Positions 1 to 14,716 of a stretch of DNA of 64,000 bases are shown piece after piece. Positions within the stretch are counted from its first letter, which is position 1, and every line of letters begins with the position of its first letter. The notes below the pieces were generated by a model, which ran no database searches, was not told the origin of the DNA, and saw nothing but the letters and a program-made list of their open reading frames with translations. Where the stretch lies: assembly GCF_001194135.2 (NCBI RefSeq), contig NC_068985.1, positions 103,396,183-103,460,182 on the forward strand, written 5' to 3'. The translations under genes were made by a program, and so were the position numbers. This DNA comes from Octopus bimaculoides (lineage: Eukaryota).

Positions 1-895
1 AATTCTGATATAATTTATTTCTATTTCTTTAATTTTCCCTCTGTCACTCTCTTTCTCATTTTGTTTCACACTTCTTTTACCTCTCCAACAATTTATACAC
101 ATATTTCATTTTGTCAGAATACCAACTAAAATACAATATATTCAAAAATTTTATTGATCTCTAATTCAAGGATCTTTACTTAGCACTTGAAGACAACCGT
201 AGGAAGCATTTCAGTTTTACATTCAGCAGTAAAACAATATAATCAAGTACAAAGGTTTTTCAGTTACTTAATCTAAGTGTCTGAAATGTGATTATTGTTG
301 GAAATCAGCACTTCAAGCTTACATAAAATCTCTTGGGTTTGGTGTAATTTACACATTTTATTAATCTAAAGTTATTTGTGTATTAATTTACACCTAAATA
401 TACAAAGTTATGTTGATTGAAATCCATAACTTCTACATTGTGCTCCAGATAAGATGCCAATGTTGTGTGATTCAAATCTAGCCCAAATCCTTAGATACGT
501 CTGATAATGAACTTAATGATTACTTCAAATTATTCACTTAAATATCTGCAGGCCATAAGTTGTTTGAGCAGAACTAATAAGACAACTCAAAAGTAACAAA
601 CTATGAATTGATTCAATATTGTACCTAAATAAAACACATCATTAAGCAACACAGATATATTTGCTACATCATTAAAACACCATTCATTTCAAATCTTTAA
701 TCACATTCTCACAAATAAATAATTTAAAACTCTTCAATACTTAGTTGTGTAATTCTTTGTGAGGGTTTGTTTCAGTTAGTCCATCTGATGCCACTGCATG
801 TTCAGTCACTAAGCCTATACATACATACATATATATATATAAATATATATATGTGTGTGTGAGAAAGTTGGTATGTGAAAGCACGTGGTTGGATG

Positions 896-1842
896 TATAA
901 AAGATAATAAGAGTGAAAAAACTACAGAAGGCTTGTGTTACATGGTTAAAGTATATATTTAAATTATGTCAGAAAAATGTTAGAAAAATGTTATAAAATC
1001 TTTTTGGTATATAAACATTGTATTTTGAGAAATAACCGGTTTCGTGTTGTCTTTTCAAATTTCTCTACTTGTGTCGTAACATGTTCGTTCCAGTCTGAAA
1101 AAGAAGAGTTCTAGATAGGGGGAGGTAATTAGGGATTTCTTGCGGTATAGGGGAGATAATCGAAATTTAGGAGTTGCTAGAATTTGATTAATTTACCATG
1201 GTTTTGTTCTATATTTTTTTCCTTTTTTTTTCAGTGGGGTGTTGAATTTCCTTATTTAAATGTGTTAGCAATGGTTAAGTTTGGGTTTGTATTTTTGAAT
1301 GAAAAAGGTTTCCTTATTTAATCTAATCTGTGTTGGTGTTTTAATGGCACATTGATAAAAAGGAAAGATTATAAATTGCTACCACATTCCTTTTTATCAA
1401 TGTGCCATTAAAACACCAACACAGATTAGATTAAATAAGGAAACCTTTTTCATTCAAAAATACAAACCCAAACTTAACCATTGCTAACACATTTAAATAA
1501 GAAAATTCAACACCCCACTGAGAAAAAAGGGAAAAAAATATAGAACAAAACCATGGTAAATTAATCAAATTCTACCACCTCCTAGATTTCGATTATCTCC
1601 CCTATACCGCAAGAAATCCCTAATTACCTCCCCCTATCTAGAACTCTTCTTTTTCAGACTGGAACGAACACGTTACAATGAAGTAGAGAAATTTGAAAAG
1701 ACAACACGAAACCGGTTATTTCTCAAAATACAATGTTTATATACCAAAAAGATTTTAACATTTTTCTGACATAATTTAAATATATACTTTAACCATGTAA
1801 CACAAGCCTTCTGTAGTTTTTTCACTCTTATTATCTTTTATA
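896..1842. repeat. Long near-perfect inverted repeat (foldback); arms ~896-1365 and ~1387-1842, ~21-nt loop
   Basis: The right arm reads as the reverse complement of the left over ~460 bp (e.g. gattagattaaataaggaaacc vs ggtttccttatttaatctaatc), with scattered substitutions and a small tandem duplication in the left arm. Confidence 0.95.
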
Positions 1843-1863
1843 TATATATATATAGAGAGAGAG

Positions 1864-1916
<53 letters not shown>

Positions 1917-1918
1917 TA
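1841..1918. repeat. (TA)n/(AG)n/(AGAT)n compound microsatellite
   Basis: Direct reading of the sequence. Confidence 0.95.
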
Positions 1919-2818
1919 TGGAAAAGGTATAGATAATTCTATTTGTTTTCATTTTATGTATTTTTTTGTCTTGATTCTGTTATGCCCTTCTCAATAGTAA
2001 AGTAACATTGCAATAGCAGTGACCCTAAAAATGTATATCATAATTTAAGAAAATTTAGTAGTTCACATATTTTGATTTTTTTCCCCTTTCCAAAATTTTA
2101 ATATCATCAAATTATACTGAAGGAAGATTCTCTAATCTCTCACACAATATAACAAGTATTAAATTTATGGTTAAATAGTTAATGTTTTTTGAAGGGAGCA
2201 TCCAGCTAGTCAAAATTTAGCGTATTTCAGGCTACCGTAAATATTCATGTGTCTGTGCATAAGTGAGACAATGTAGGATCTGTCAGGCTAGGTGAACTCA
2301 ATACACACTGGAACAAAGAGAATAGAAAGATTATTTTGGATGCAATGCTCAGCAGGTGATTTATTCCTACTTAAAGAATTTAACAATTTTGGAAATTGAT
2401 TGAATCAATTTTGATCCTAAAATGAATTGAGTTTGCAATTTGGTTTCTAAATGTAGTTATTTTATTTAATGTAAATTATTAATGCCTACATCATAACAAC
2501 CATTTATCTCTTCTGTCATAAGAAATATATATTCTGACTGAAAAATGCAATAAAAAAAAAGTATTTGACTTTTTATGACCAATTTGTCAAATTCTAATAT
2601 AGTTGTATTTGCCTATGATAAAATAATATATATTTTATAAATTAAATTCAACCTCAGTTGAAACTCTTAGAAGTAAGGTTTCAACCCTATCTAAAATATG
2701 GATATGTTTCCTGAAGTACAGGCTTGCAAGTCCCTAATTGTTATTTTATATTGTATTCAATATTCTAAATCAAAATTTGGTGAGCACATCCTTTCTTTCA
2801 TTTTTTTTTTTTTTTTTT

Positions 2819-3330
2819 NNNNNNNNNNNNNNNNNNNNNNNNNNNNNNNNNNNNNNNNNNNNNNNNNNNNNNNNNNNNNNNNNNNNNNNNNNNNNNNNNN
2901 NNNNNNNNNNNNNNNNNNNNNNNNNNNNNNNNNNNNNNNNNNNNNNNNNNNNNNNNNNNNNNNNNNNNNNNNNNNNNNNNNNNNNNNNNNNNNNNNNNNN
3001 NNNNNNNNNNNNNNNNNNNNNNNNNNNNNNNNNNNNNNNNNNNNNNNNNNNNNNNNNNNNNNNNNNNNNNNNNNNNNNNNNNNNNNNNNNNNNNNNNNNN
3101 NNNNNNNNNNNNNNNNNNNNNNNNNNNNNNNNNNNNNNNNNNNNNNNNNNNNNNNNNNNNNNNNNNNNNNNNNNNNNNNNNNNNNNNNNNNNNNNNNNNN
3201 NNNNNNNNNNNNNNNNNNNNNNNNNNNNNNNNNNNNNNNNNNNNNNNNNNNNNNNNNNNNNNNNNNNNNNNNNNNNNNNNNNNNNNNNNNNNNNNNNNNN
3301 NNNNNNNNNNNNNNNNNNNNNNNNNNNNNN
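2819..3330. other. Assembly gap (N run); other gaps at 35193-35202, 40570-40815, 45271-45955, 53096-53341
   Basis: Runs of n, mostly flanked by simple repeats. Confidence 1.
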
Positions 3331-4403
3331 NTATATATACATACATACATACATACATACATACATACATACATACATACATACATACACACACAATATT
3401 TTATGGTCAGCCTGAATACATATCAGTACTTAAGGTTTCATGTTGACTTGAAATCATGTTGCTATCTTCAGTCTGAAAATTATGATTGAAGCTAAGATGG
3501 TAGACAAGTTCATATTTTGATTTGAGGAGCATAAGTCTCACATAGAGAAAATACATATGAATTTTTGCCTCAGTATGCTAAAGTGTGATAATTCTCAAGA
3601 CAGCAGGTACTAATCTACAAGAGTTAGGGAAGTGATTCTCCTTTCTGGGTAAACAATCATATGTATATGAATATGCCTATTGCATACATGATATATGGTT
3701 ACCCTTAGTTTTATATGTATTTTTCCTATATTCTCCCAAGTTTTTTTGTGTGTATCAAAGCATATGTTCGTTAACTCAGAAAGGAGAATCACCCCTCTTA
3801 TAGTAGATTTACATTTGTTATTATTTGTTGCTTTGAGAATTATTTTCCTTTCAACAGTATTAAAACCTGCTGAGACATGCTTCATGTATTTCATCTATGT
3901 CATATTTATACTTTATACCATTACGCCATCTTTAGTCAGAATTCATAACCCAAAGGTTGTGACATCCTTTCATTCTAGTATGAAGCCTTGGATAGTGATA
4001 CAAATTCTTGCTGACCATAAATAAATATTGTACTGTATCTCTGGGGTTGTGTACTCTTTCTTCTGTTTGTTAATACTAATGTGTGTGTGTGTGTGTATGT
4101 ATGCACACACACACACACAGACATATACACACATATTTATATATTATATGTTGGTGTTTTCATGCAAAATGCACATCTCTGTTAAAAGTGTGTAGAGTTG
4201 ATTATAATTATGCATTGATAAACCAGATTATTTTCTCATACCTAAATATTTTGTGTAGTTGATGTTCATATTCATCAGTATCTGAAATAATATTTCAGGC
4301 TCACCAATTATTGCAGTCAGATAGAGGAAAATAATCCAGTTTACCATTACATTATTGAGTGTGTATATCTATATACACATATTCATATATATTTCTGTGT
4401 GTA

Positions 4404-4460
<57 letters not shown>

Positions 4461-7400
4461 GGCTTTATTTATGTGTATGTGTGTAGACTTACATACATGT
4501 ACATGAATTTTTTAAAGCGTTAGCACAAACACAAGAGATCAATATATGCCTATAATTGAAATATACAGTCTGGAATTGTATCTTTGTGTAGTACTAGAAT
4601 TTTTCACTTAAAATTGGATTTCAAATATTCACCTTGCTCAGAAATAAGCTATAGTTATCAATAGCATACATGCACACACACATATACACATACACATATA
4701 TGTTAACTGTTAACATTAGAAAAAAATGTTAATTACTGAAGAAATACTGAATCAGTTGGTAATTCTGGTAAAATGATTTACAATTTTTATTTTCATTTTG
4801 TTTTATTTATTTTTCTTTCTGTATTTAGTTACAACTTCTTATTGTTTGGTGTCCTTGTATCTCTTTGTTAAAGAAAATATTTGTTTTTTGTTTAGTCTTC
4901 AAAAGAAAATAAGGAATTGTCAAGTTGTGTTTTCTTTGTGATTTGCATGGAATTATATATAAAACTTATCCTTTGCACATGTGAACTATTTCCAGTTATT
5001 TCAATCAGCTGCCTAGTTTAACAATTATATTTGCTTACAATTTACATGTTTTTAGGTACTTTATCTTAGATTACAAAATTTTAAGGAAGATATTTACCAG
5101 AAGTATTACAAATCTGATAAATATAGTCCTGCAATGTTTCTTACATTATGAATCACAGTAATCATTACCTCCACATGCTATAGTTTACTCTTTAAATGCT
5201 TTGGATACAAATATAATGAAAATGTACAATAAGAATGATTAGGTGAAGAGAAAGATAATGTAAAACTATTTGAGTGTTTGCTATTCTAGTAGTATTTCCA
5301 TTCAAACAGTTTCCAGTTAATTCAATAACTTTAAGCAATAAAATTGCAGATATAGGCAGTGAATTGGCAAAGCTATTCAGATAAAATACCTTGCAGTGTA
5401 TATTCAAGCTTTATGTGCTCAAAGTTCAAATCCTGCCATTGTCATATCTTTCATCCTTTTGGAATCAATAAATAAAGTACCAGTCCAAGACAGTGGATTG
5501 GTGAAATTGTTAGAATGTTTGACTATTTACTTTACAATGCTTGTTCTGGCTTTGTGCCATATGAGTCCAAATCTCACCACCACTGGAAGAAAACAAAAAC
5601 AGGTCTTTCAGTTCTAACAGAAGACGGTAATAGACTGAAGAGGTCTTTAAATAAGTGCTCAAGTATTTCAGTTTATTGCCTCTATTGACAAAATACATTT
5701 GCTTGGAAGAGGGAATGCAAGTGAACTTTCAAATTCTGTGTATTCTCCACCCCCATCTCTCTCTTTAGAATTTAGATCTATATTATTATGTTGTATAAGT
5801 TTATATTTCATACTAGCTTCCTGCAATTCTTTTAACGAAGGAAGTCTTGTACATGAAATCAGATTCAGTATTGTATAAGGAAATAGAGCAGCGAAGCACC
5901 TTGTGGTGGTCTTAAAACTATAATACTTTACCTGTTGCATTGAAATCATATCAAACTCAACTTTACCTTTCATCTCTTCAAAGTCAATAAAACAAGTACC
6001 CGTAATACACTGAAGTCAACTGATCCTCCTCCTCTCCTCCAGAAATATGTGATCTTGAGTCAAAGTTAGATATTTTTAAAGGAGAAAACAATCTAACTTT
6101 AAATAATATAAAATGAAAGTTTGCTGTATTAAACAACATATTATAGAATCAATGAATTAGGCCTTCTTTATAGATTGTTTTCTTCACTTTACTAGTGAAC
6201 AGAAAAACAATGATTTTTATAGGAAGTTTACTGTAAGTTAGTGGTTAAGTCATAACAATTCCAGTAATTCTATTTTAAATGACAGCAAATGTACACAGAT
6301 ATTATTATAATTTTTTAATATATCGAATCCAATGTCATAGCCAAAAGGTAACATTGCTAGTATTCCTGATTTGGTTGTTTATTTTAGAAGTATAGTTATT
6401 AGAACAATTTTTTTTTATAGATCTAAATTATAGAGTTGCCTTACTACTGCACAAAATATCAGTTAAATAGGTGTCATTTATGATATTGCTCACATTTATT
6501 GATCTTGAGATATCATTTTGCAAATCAATAGTATATATCACTTTTAAAGAACACCTATACTTCAAGATTATCTATCTCCAATGAAGAGCATTGTCAATTT
6601 TCAATTGTTGCACGCATTGCTGGAGTATGTAAGAAAGGAAATAAATTAAATGCAGCTGATATATTTCAGAATAGTAAATGTATCTTAAATCATATAATAT
6701 ATTCACTTCTTTGGAATCAGATTTGAAAAATTACTGTAAATATTCACAGATGTGATAGTCTGGAATATAGAATCATTTGCAGAGGGTAGTTGTAGAACAT
6801 GTAATTATGTTTCAGTGACTATATTCGTCTTTCTTGCCATACAAAGATATGTGTAAATGAAGGATGAACCAGTTACCAGGTTTGTGTGTGTATGTGTAAT
6901 ATATGTAAATAGATATATTTGGAAAATATATATATTTATAATTAATGTGTGTATTTGTTTTAATTCTGTTATATTTTGTATTTTTTGTCTTCGTTTATAA
7001 TTTCAATCTTGTTTCATGTTCATGTTATCTCAGTACCAAATGTAGTCAGGTCTGTTGCTGTTATTATTGTCATTGTTGTTGCTGTTGTTGTCATTGGTCA
7101 TTTATGTTGTCTGATTATTTCTGCTAGTTTGGCAGATTGATCTGTTCATAACAGATTTACATAATTGTTCTATCATTATTCTTTAATGTAGACCTATGTC
7201 TGATATTCACTAGTCTTCTATTCTGTTACTTCATTCTCTTGTTTTTAATATTGCTTGATATGATTTAGAAACAACTTGTTAATATGTTATCAATTGAATA
7301 AAACATAGTTATGGATTTACAAAAGACAATTTTCACAATCCTAGAATCTAGATAAATTCAACCTTTTTAGTTTATTTAATGTAGTTAATAACTGTAATAT

Positions 7401-10400
7401 TTAGGAAAAAAACTATGACATTTATACATATATAATTTTTTTGTACCACATTATTATTATTATTTTTATCATCATCATCATTATTATTATTATTATTATT
7501 ACCATCATCGTCAATAGATACAAAATAAACTTTCTTTTGATTTTAATTTATTTTCATGCTAGTGAATAATAAGACTGGAAAGAATGGAAAGAATTCTTGT
7601 CCAAAATGTGGAACTATCACCCAAAATCACTAATTCCTTTAGCTATATGGCTGACAAAACACTTTGTTATTTCTTCTTTAAGTTGTACTTTGTATGCAAA
7701 CCTGTTCTGTGTTTCACTATTTATGTTACTCAACTATGATATATGTCTATTTCTGTCCTATTGAAATCTGTCATATATGAAGATAGTTTGTTTATTGTAT
7801 TAGTGCAAAAACATATAAGTGCTCAATACACTCTACACTATGTAGTGAAAGTGTGTGGAGTGTGAAAACAATTTTATGTGTAATGTTGGAGATTTTAATC
7901 CTTTCCTGAGTTTCACACAGCTAGTCTTTCATGGGAAGTAACTGTGATTATGTGTAGACAATTAGAAAAAGAAGGTGGCTGCATCTACGGCACTGTTTAA
8001 TGTGGTGTTATGTTGACAGTTGAATTGTGTTCAGACTTGTGATATATCCCTGAAATTGAGTTAATCAAATTAAAGAATTGTTTGTTTTCTTACATACCTT
8101 TCTTTGTTCTATTTGTATAGACGAGTGCAGTCTAATGTTGATCATTTTATGTTTCCTGCTGGCAAAATGTAGGAAACCATTATCATTATTAGAAAGTTCT
8201 GAAGATGATTATAATATTGGCTTCTAACAGTAGGAACAAAACCACACATTGCTGAGGAAGAGTTAAGGTGATTAAATTGACCCCTTTACTGATATTTTAT
8301 CAATCCAGAAGGATGAAAAATAAAGTTGATATTGGCAAGATTTGAACCTAAAACATAAAAGTGTTCTGACAAACTTGACAATTCACTGCCAATTTTTAAT
8401 GACTAATATTAATTAGTTAGAGAGTATTTCAATATGTGGTAAAAGAAAAATATTGATAGGTAACTTATTTGTAAGTACAATCAACAATTCCATATCACTT
8501 CTCTTTCTTAAATTGCCCAAATCCCTAAATACATTTGTTGGTTTACTTCTTCCTGTATCTTCCGAGCATATTTTATAAGCAAGCACAGTTTGTATATCAT
8601 GGAATGGTTGAAACAACACCAGCTGTCTTCCTTTCTTAACTTCTATTGATTATCAGAGCTTGTGTCCGTGCAAGGTGTGTTGTGTGAAACCTGCACATGG
8701 ATTAAAATCTCCATTACATTACATGAGTGCACTCAGATATACACGCTCATATATATTTATAGAAAGCAGCAAATTACATTTTCCTCCTATTCTTTATTTA
8801 ACATTATATCTTAAACTAGTTTCTCTTAACAAATTTACATTGACTTACTTATTTGGGTCACATTATTAATAAAAGAAATTATTATTGTTATTATTAGTTG
8901 TATGTAGGATACAATTTGCTGCTGCTGCTAGTTCTGATGCTTAAAGGTATAGGATTTTATTATATGTATAAACGTATGTATAGAGGCAACTATAAGTACA
9001 TGCACACATTACAGATGCACACACACATATGTATATGTGTGTGTTTGTGTGTGTATACATATATATGTATATAATGTATGTTTATGTGCATGCACACATA
9101 TATGTATTGTGTAATGTATTTTCTGATATTTCAATACAAACTGCTTAACTAAGATAGAATTATCCCTTGATATTATTCTCAAAATAAATTTCTCAACTAA
9201 AACATCCTGTCCTGTGACTTTGGGTTGTGTCTTCATTGGGGTCATTTAGTAAATATTCCTGATATTTAGTTATCTGTTTATACTTAGTGTTTTTATTCTC
9301 ACTTCAATTTTATAAGGGGTCCTGAACACTTGTATCCACACATAAACACCCATATACACACTAAGTTATGGTAACAGTATTATATCCATTACTGCATGTA
9401 TATGATTATACTTGCAAATATATTAATAACTAAATTAAACTGATACACATACAATACAGCTTTTGGCAAATTTCTATTTTTAATATTTTTACATTTCTAA
9501 ACTTCATGTAGTATGACTTCATATAAATAAGAAATATGACAACTAAATGTGAACAGTTGTCACAAAATGAATGTGTCAATGAGTGAATGAGTTTTAATAT
9601 CTAAGAACCATTTCAACTAATTTCAATGTTTTATATATAATTCTATTTAAAACTACTATTTTCCAGTAGTTGTAGACTGGAGAACATTTCTCAGCATCAC
9701 TGGCCTATTTTTTGTCTACAATGGACTTTTGTTTTCATCTAATATTGATATAATTTTGTTGACCTTTTAGACGTACATTCACAGATCTGACGAGATATTT
9801 CAAAATATGGTCTAAAGTGTAGAATATCTGTTGTTCATGCTAATTCTAGAACAATTTGGCTTTTATGAAACAGTTCCCTTAAAAATATGAAGGAAAACAA
9901 AAAAGTATATTTCATCTAGATAATTCTTGTGTTCTCCCTCTAATACATACACTAATGTACACTCTTTCATGCACTCATGCACACACATCCTGATTGAAAA
10001 TCAAATGAGTATCAGCTCTATTCGTTTTTTCCTAGCTTGCAGAATTAGTTTCCATTAATTTTAGTATTCCTCTCCTCTGACAGTTGGAAAATTTTTTATT
10101 GTCCATATTGTAGTTTGAATGATAAAATGGAATATTTTCCAGTAAAACATGCATTAAAGAACATCACCGAGAGATTTTTCCTTACTTCCAATTAATATAT
10201 TTCACTCTTTTCCAAAGGATAGAAATGAGTGATGACTAAGGAAAATTTAGAAAAATTTTGTTGCTTGGAATCCAACAATTTTTCTCTTTCTCAGTAATAG
10301 AAAATTGCATATATGAGTAAAGATAGAAGAAATTACATTGACCTTGAAAAGCTTGCTCTAATATATTAAAGTGTTCAGAAATTTGGTTGAAGTACTTTAA

Positions 10401-13400
10401 GAATTTCTAGCACACAATTCACATAAAGGTTAAGCTTAATCAAGATATAATTTTCATATTCACTGCATAGCATTATCATTATAGAACTTAGAAAATTTAA
10501 AAAATAATAATTCCCTTAGTCATCAGAAATTTCATAAAAGAAAAATCAGTAGTTCAGTAGCATTAATCTTGTTATCTTACAGTGAATTATAATATTAGCT
10601 CACATGGCATACAAGACTTATGTTTTCTCTAGTGACATTTGGAGTCAAGACTAAGAGATATCATAGAAGATAGCATTAATGATGCAGTTGGGATATCTGA
10701 CAGTTGTCCTGTTTTCATCTGTCTAAACACACAATAGTTATTTTAATAAAAGTGTAAATACTGAGGATCATAATGGAGAAAAAAAGAAGCTGTGTAATAT
10801 TTGTTTTTCCTTTCTCAAGTGCATTAATATTATAATGGAAATGAAATGCCTGTTTTGCTTGGAGCTTAACTGGAATCTCTGTTACTCAAAACAAGCAATG
10901 TCATTTTTTCCTTCTTCCTAAACTAAGAATTACGTTAACTGACAGTTTATAAAATTATTATCACATTATGGTTAAAAAATTCTGTTTGAAAATGAAAAGA
11001 CTCACTTATAGCTGCCTTTATAATCACTCTAATGATTCTGGTATAAATTTCATGTAAAACTTCAGTGTCTAATTTATGTGTAGTTCCATAAACCACGTTG
11101 GCATAGCTACATAACACACATCACAGATAAATGCACAAAAGAAAGGAAGTATTTTACAGGCACAAAATAGTTCTATATGACTGTTTTGCGTGTAACAAGA
11201 ACAATCTCAATTTTTTATAATAGTTACTTCCCCTTTCCTCTCAAAAGATTACTTAACACTAAATTCATAAGTTAGTTAATTTAAAATGTAAAAATAAATT
11301 GGTGCTGAAGGAATATTCAGTTACTGCAAAAGTGTTGGCTGTTCAATCATATCAAAAACGTTTTAGTTTCAAAAGCCTTTATTCAGTCAGAGATTCCTGC
11401 AACATGCTGTAAACTATTTCAGTATATTTCATAAGATTTCTAATAGCACAATAGTTATATCCTGCTTGTCTTTCTGAGCGAGTGCATGTATGTGTTTGAT
11501 ATATATATGTGTGTGTGTGTATATATATATATATATAGAGATAGAGAGATTATGACTTTTCCAATTTTCTAGTCACTGAAACAATATATTACAACCTATT
11601 TACTGAGCTAGTATGAAAGTGGTTGAGTTTTCTAGTTACATGTATAACCTTAATGTGATTCTCAGAGATAATCAATGTAACAGTATGTGACAAAGTTTCA
11701 CCTTGTGATATACAGATACAGTACATCTTAGAGGCTTCCATGTGTGTGTATGTGTATTCATATATAGCTTACGCATACACATGCAAACTTGCACATATTT
11801 ACATATATATATATACATGTGCATGGCTCTGTGAATTGTAAATAGAGTAAAAATGTGTTGAGTCTGATTCACATTCTGTCACTGCCATTGCAGTGCCTGC
11901 AGTGGACAATACCAATGGTTAATACTGTGAAATCTCAAATGTTTCAGTTAATCTGTCCCAGAAGAGGTATCATGTATTTCAGATATAATAAATGGTAGCA
12001 CTTTTTAAATTAACAACAGCTTTTATTAATCTGCAGTGTTGTATTTTACTCTGAGCATAGGCCTAGATAAGCCAAAGAACAACATTTGCACTCAGAATGT
12101 GTTTGATAATTGATGTGAAAATTATTATTACTTTAAAAACATAGTGTACTGGTTAAAATAAACTTCTATGTAATTATATATATTATACATACATGTATGT
12201 ATGTATAATACTTATATATGTGTGTGTGTGTGTATGTATGATATTTATTTGTATGTATAATATAATAAAGTTTTTCTATTGTGATAACATAATAAATACC
12301 TACCAAGCTACCAAATTTTTTCTATAGTTTGTAACATGAAAGGAAATTGCAAGCTAGGAGAGAAGAGAATTAGAGTTATTAATACACCTTCAAATGATTG
12401 AGTGAAATTTCTTTCTGTTGTTTTTTTTTTCTCTTTTTTTTTTCCAAATAAAATGGGAAGAACATCTCCACATATAACTTGTAAGAGTTCTCCACTTATT
12501 TTACCATTCCACCACCATCACTGTAAATAAGTAATTAAAATGTTCCCTAGAAACATTAGTGATAAGCTGAGCTTCCATTCGGTTGCTCTTTTCACATGAT
12601 TTGTGTTTGGTGGTTGCTTTATGAAATGATCTTCTCTTTCTTTGGTTTACAAAAGAAAATAGTTCCATTACTCACTTCTAGCTCCATGTTAATCTCTAAC
12701 CAAGTGTTTTACAGCTATATTGTTTTAGAATGACATTACAACGGTGATTATTCTGCTTTTTGGACCATTTCCCTGCAGCAAAGCTCTGCAGTGTGCTGTT
12801 GCTATTTCACATCAAATAAATCTTTTTCAGGTTTAAAATTATTACAAAAGAGCTGAATAAGCAAATATATTCTGAATCCGAATGTAAGCTTGTCGATGTT
12901 CATTTTGTTTATAATAAACTTAGTTCCTCAAGTAAAGCTATTTTTTTTCCCTCTTGCAGTCTTAGTTATAAACCAACTATTGTATTTTTTCTTAAATTTA
13001 AAATTGTATCTTAGATTAAAGATATTTTTGGAATGTATAATTGTATGTTCTTCAATAATAGCAAAGAACATTTACACTCATAGGCTTATAGACTCACCAT
13101 GTCATGAATTTTGATATAATTTTTCTCATAGAAAGTTGAAGTCCAGCTTATGCTGTACTGTTTAGACTCAAATTCTGATTAAGGAAGGAACTATTGTTAA
13201 GGTTTCTCAGCTGCTTTGGTTTCAATATTTTTAACCAGCTTACAGAACCGTTTTTATCTAATTGGATTTATAAAAATACATAGAATTAGAGTATTGCACG
13301 TATACGATTTCAAATATCAAAAATTATGCTTTAGATATTAGTGATTAAAAATAAAATATATTCAAATTTCAAGAAGAAAATTTTCCAAATAAATTTTTAT

Positions 13401-14199
13401 ATAACTTTTTAACATCGCAAGTCTTACATCGGACTGAAATAAAAAGAAATTTCACTTTCACTGAAATTGGTTTATTTGGCCAGTACACAACGGAGAGCAG
13501 TTTGGTCAGTTCAACTATACTCATGGAAACAGTTTTATCTTTTAATTTTTATTTAATATTTCTGTTTTAATATTTTACTACATAGTAATTTGTTTTATTC
13601 TTTTGTTACATTGTTCTAAATGTACAACCTAATTCAGAAGGAAAAAGAACCATTTATCCCTATCCCCCCATCTCTCTCTTTCTCTTCTATGTCACCCTCT
13701 TGTCTCTTGCTTTCCAAATTAATATGTTTATATTTATATTTAACAATATTGTTTAAGTGTATTTTAGATATTTCACTCAAAATTTCAAATACACTATTTT
13801 ACATATCAACTCATTCAACTGATGGAAATAAGCTATTTTTATAGCAACTATAAGTTAAAGTATCCTTTCTTATTGAATGTACAGATCTTTGTATGCATAA
13901 TATAGCTTCAAAAGGTAGTCAAAAGGTAACTGACAAAACTGAATGCAATTTATTCCAGTTAAGTTGTTTAACACTTACAAGTGATAGGGTAACTATCTCT
14001 TGTATATTTTCCCACCAAAACGTTTGAACTCACCAATACATGTTCAGATAGTTATTACTTATATAGTGAATCCATTGCCTGATAGATTATAAGTTAAATG
14101 TCTTTACCAAATGATATTCCATAGCTTCAGTAACAATTTAGAAACTAAATTCATTGGCTAATAAACTGTATTGCTGTAGACATATTTTAAGAAACCAAG

Positions 14200-14510
14200 G
14201 AAAAGAATTACGTGAACAAAACATTCGAGCGAGGTCGTTGCCAGTGCCACTGGACTGACTCTTGTGCAGGTGGCACGTAAAAAGCACCATTTGAGCGTGG
14301 CCATTGCCAGTACCACTGGACTGGCCCTCGTGCTGGTGGCACGTAAAAGCACCCACTACACTCTCAGAGTGGTTGGCATTAGGAAGGGCATCCAGCTGTA
14401 GAAACTCTGCCAAATCAGATTGGAGTCTGGTGCAGCCATCTGGTTTGCCAGTCCTCAGTCAAATCGTCCAACCCATGCATGGAAAGCAGACATTAAACAA
14501 TGATGATGAA
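14200..14510 (+). mobile_element. SINE with internal ~55-bp subrepeats and (GAT)n tail
   Basis: Core gtggttggcattaggaagggcatccagctgtagaaac and tail ...aaacaatgatgatga; closely similar to the reverse complement of 25400-25790. Confidence 0.85.
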
Positions 14511-14716
14511 TGTTCAATTTTCATTTTTGACAGTTTTCTTCAAAATATAATAGATTCACTTCAACATTGAATCACATGTTTTACACCTATTTAAGTTAGT
14601 CACATATCTTGGGTTTAACCTTTATCATGAATCATAATACGTATATTCACTCCTGAACAAGACTCTTTATTCTACATTATGTCTGGTTTATAGATTAAGT
14701 ACCAGTATCAAATTAC

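Noticed and set aside
2698-3489. Long ORFs spanning N gaps (also 40481-40903, 45116-46213, 53038-53440)
   Set aside because: They are open only because N codons are untranslated; the flanks are microsatellites.
8121-8170. Possible signal-peptide exon MLIILCFLLAK for the membrane protein
   Set aside because: Weak donor (gtagga), hydrophobic stretch short, and no ectodomain exons link it to 16036.
11894-13492. Candidate upstream micro-exons (11894-11917, 12831-12883, ~13472-13492)
   Set aside because: AG...GT-bounded open micro-frames arise by chance in long AT-rich introns; no domain signature or consistent chain without transcript data.
14138-14413. Paired ORFs MAEFLQLDALPNANHSES... (also 25501-25830)
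   Set aside because: Antisense translations of a SINE core, not a duplicated gene.
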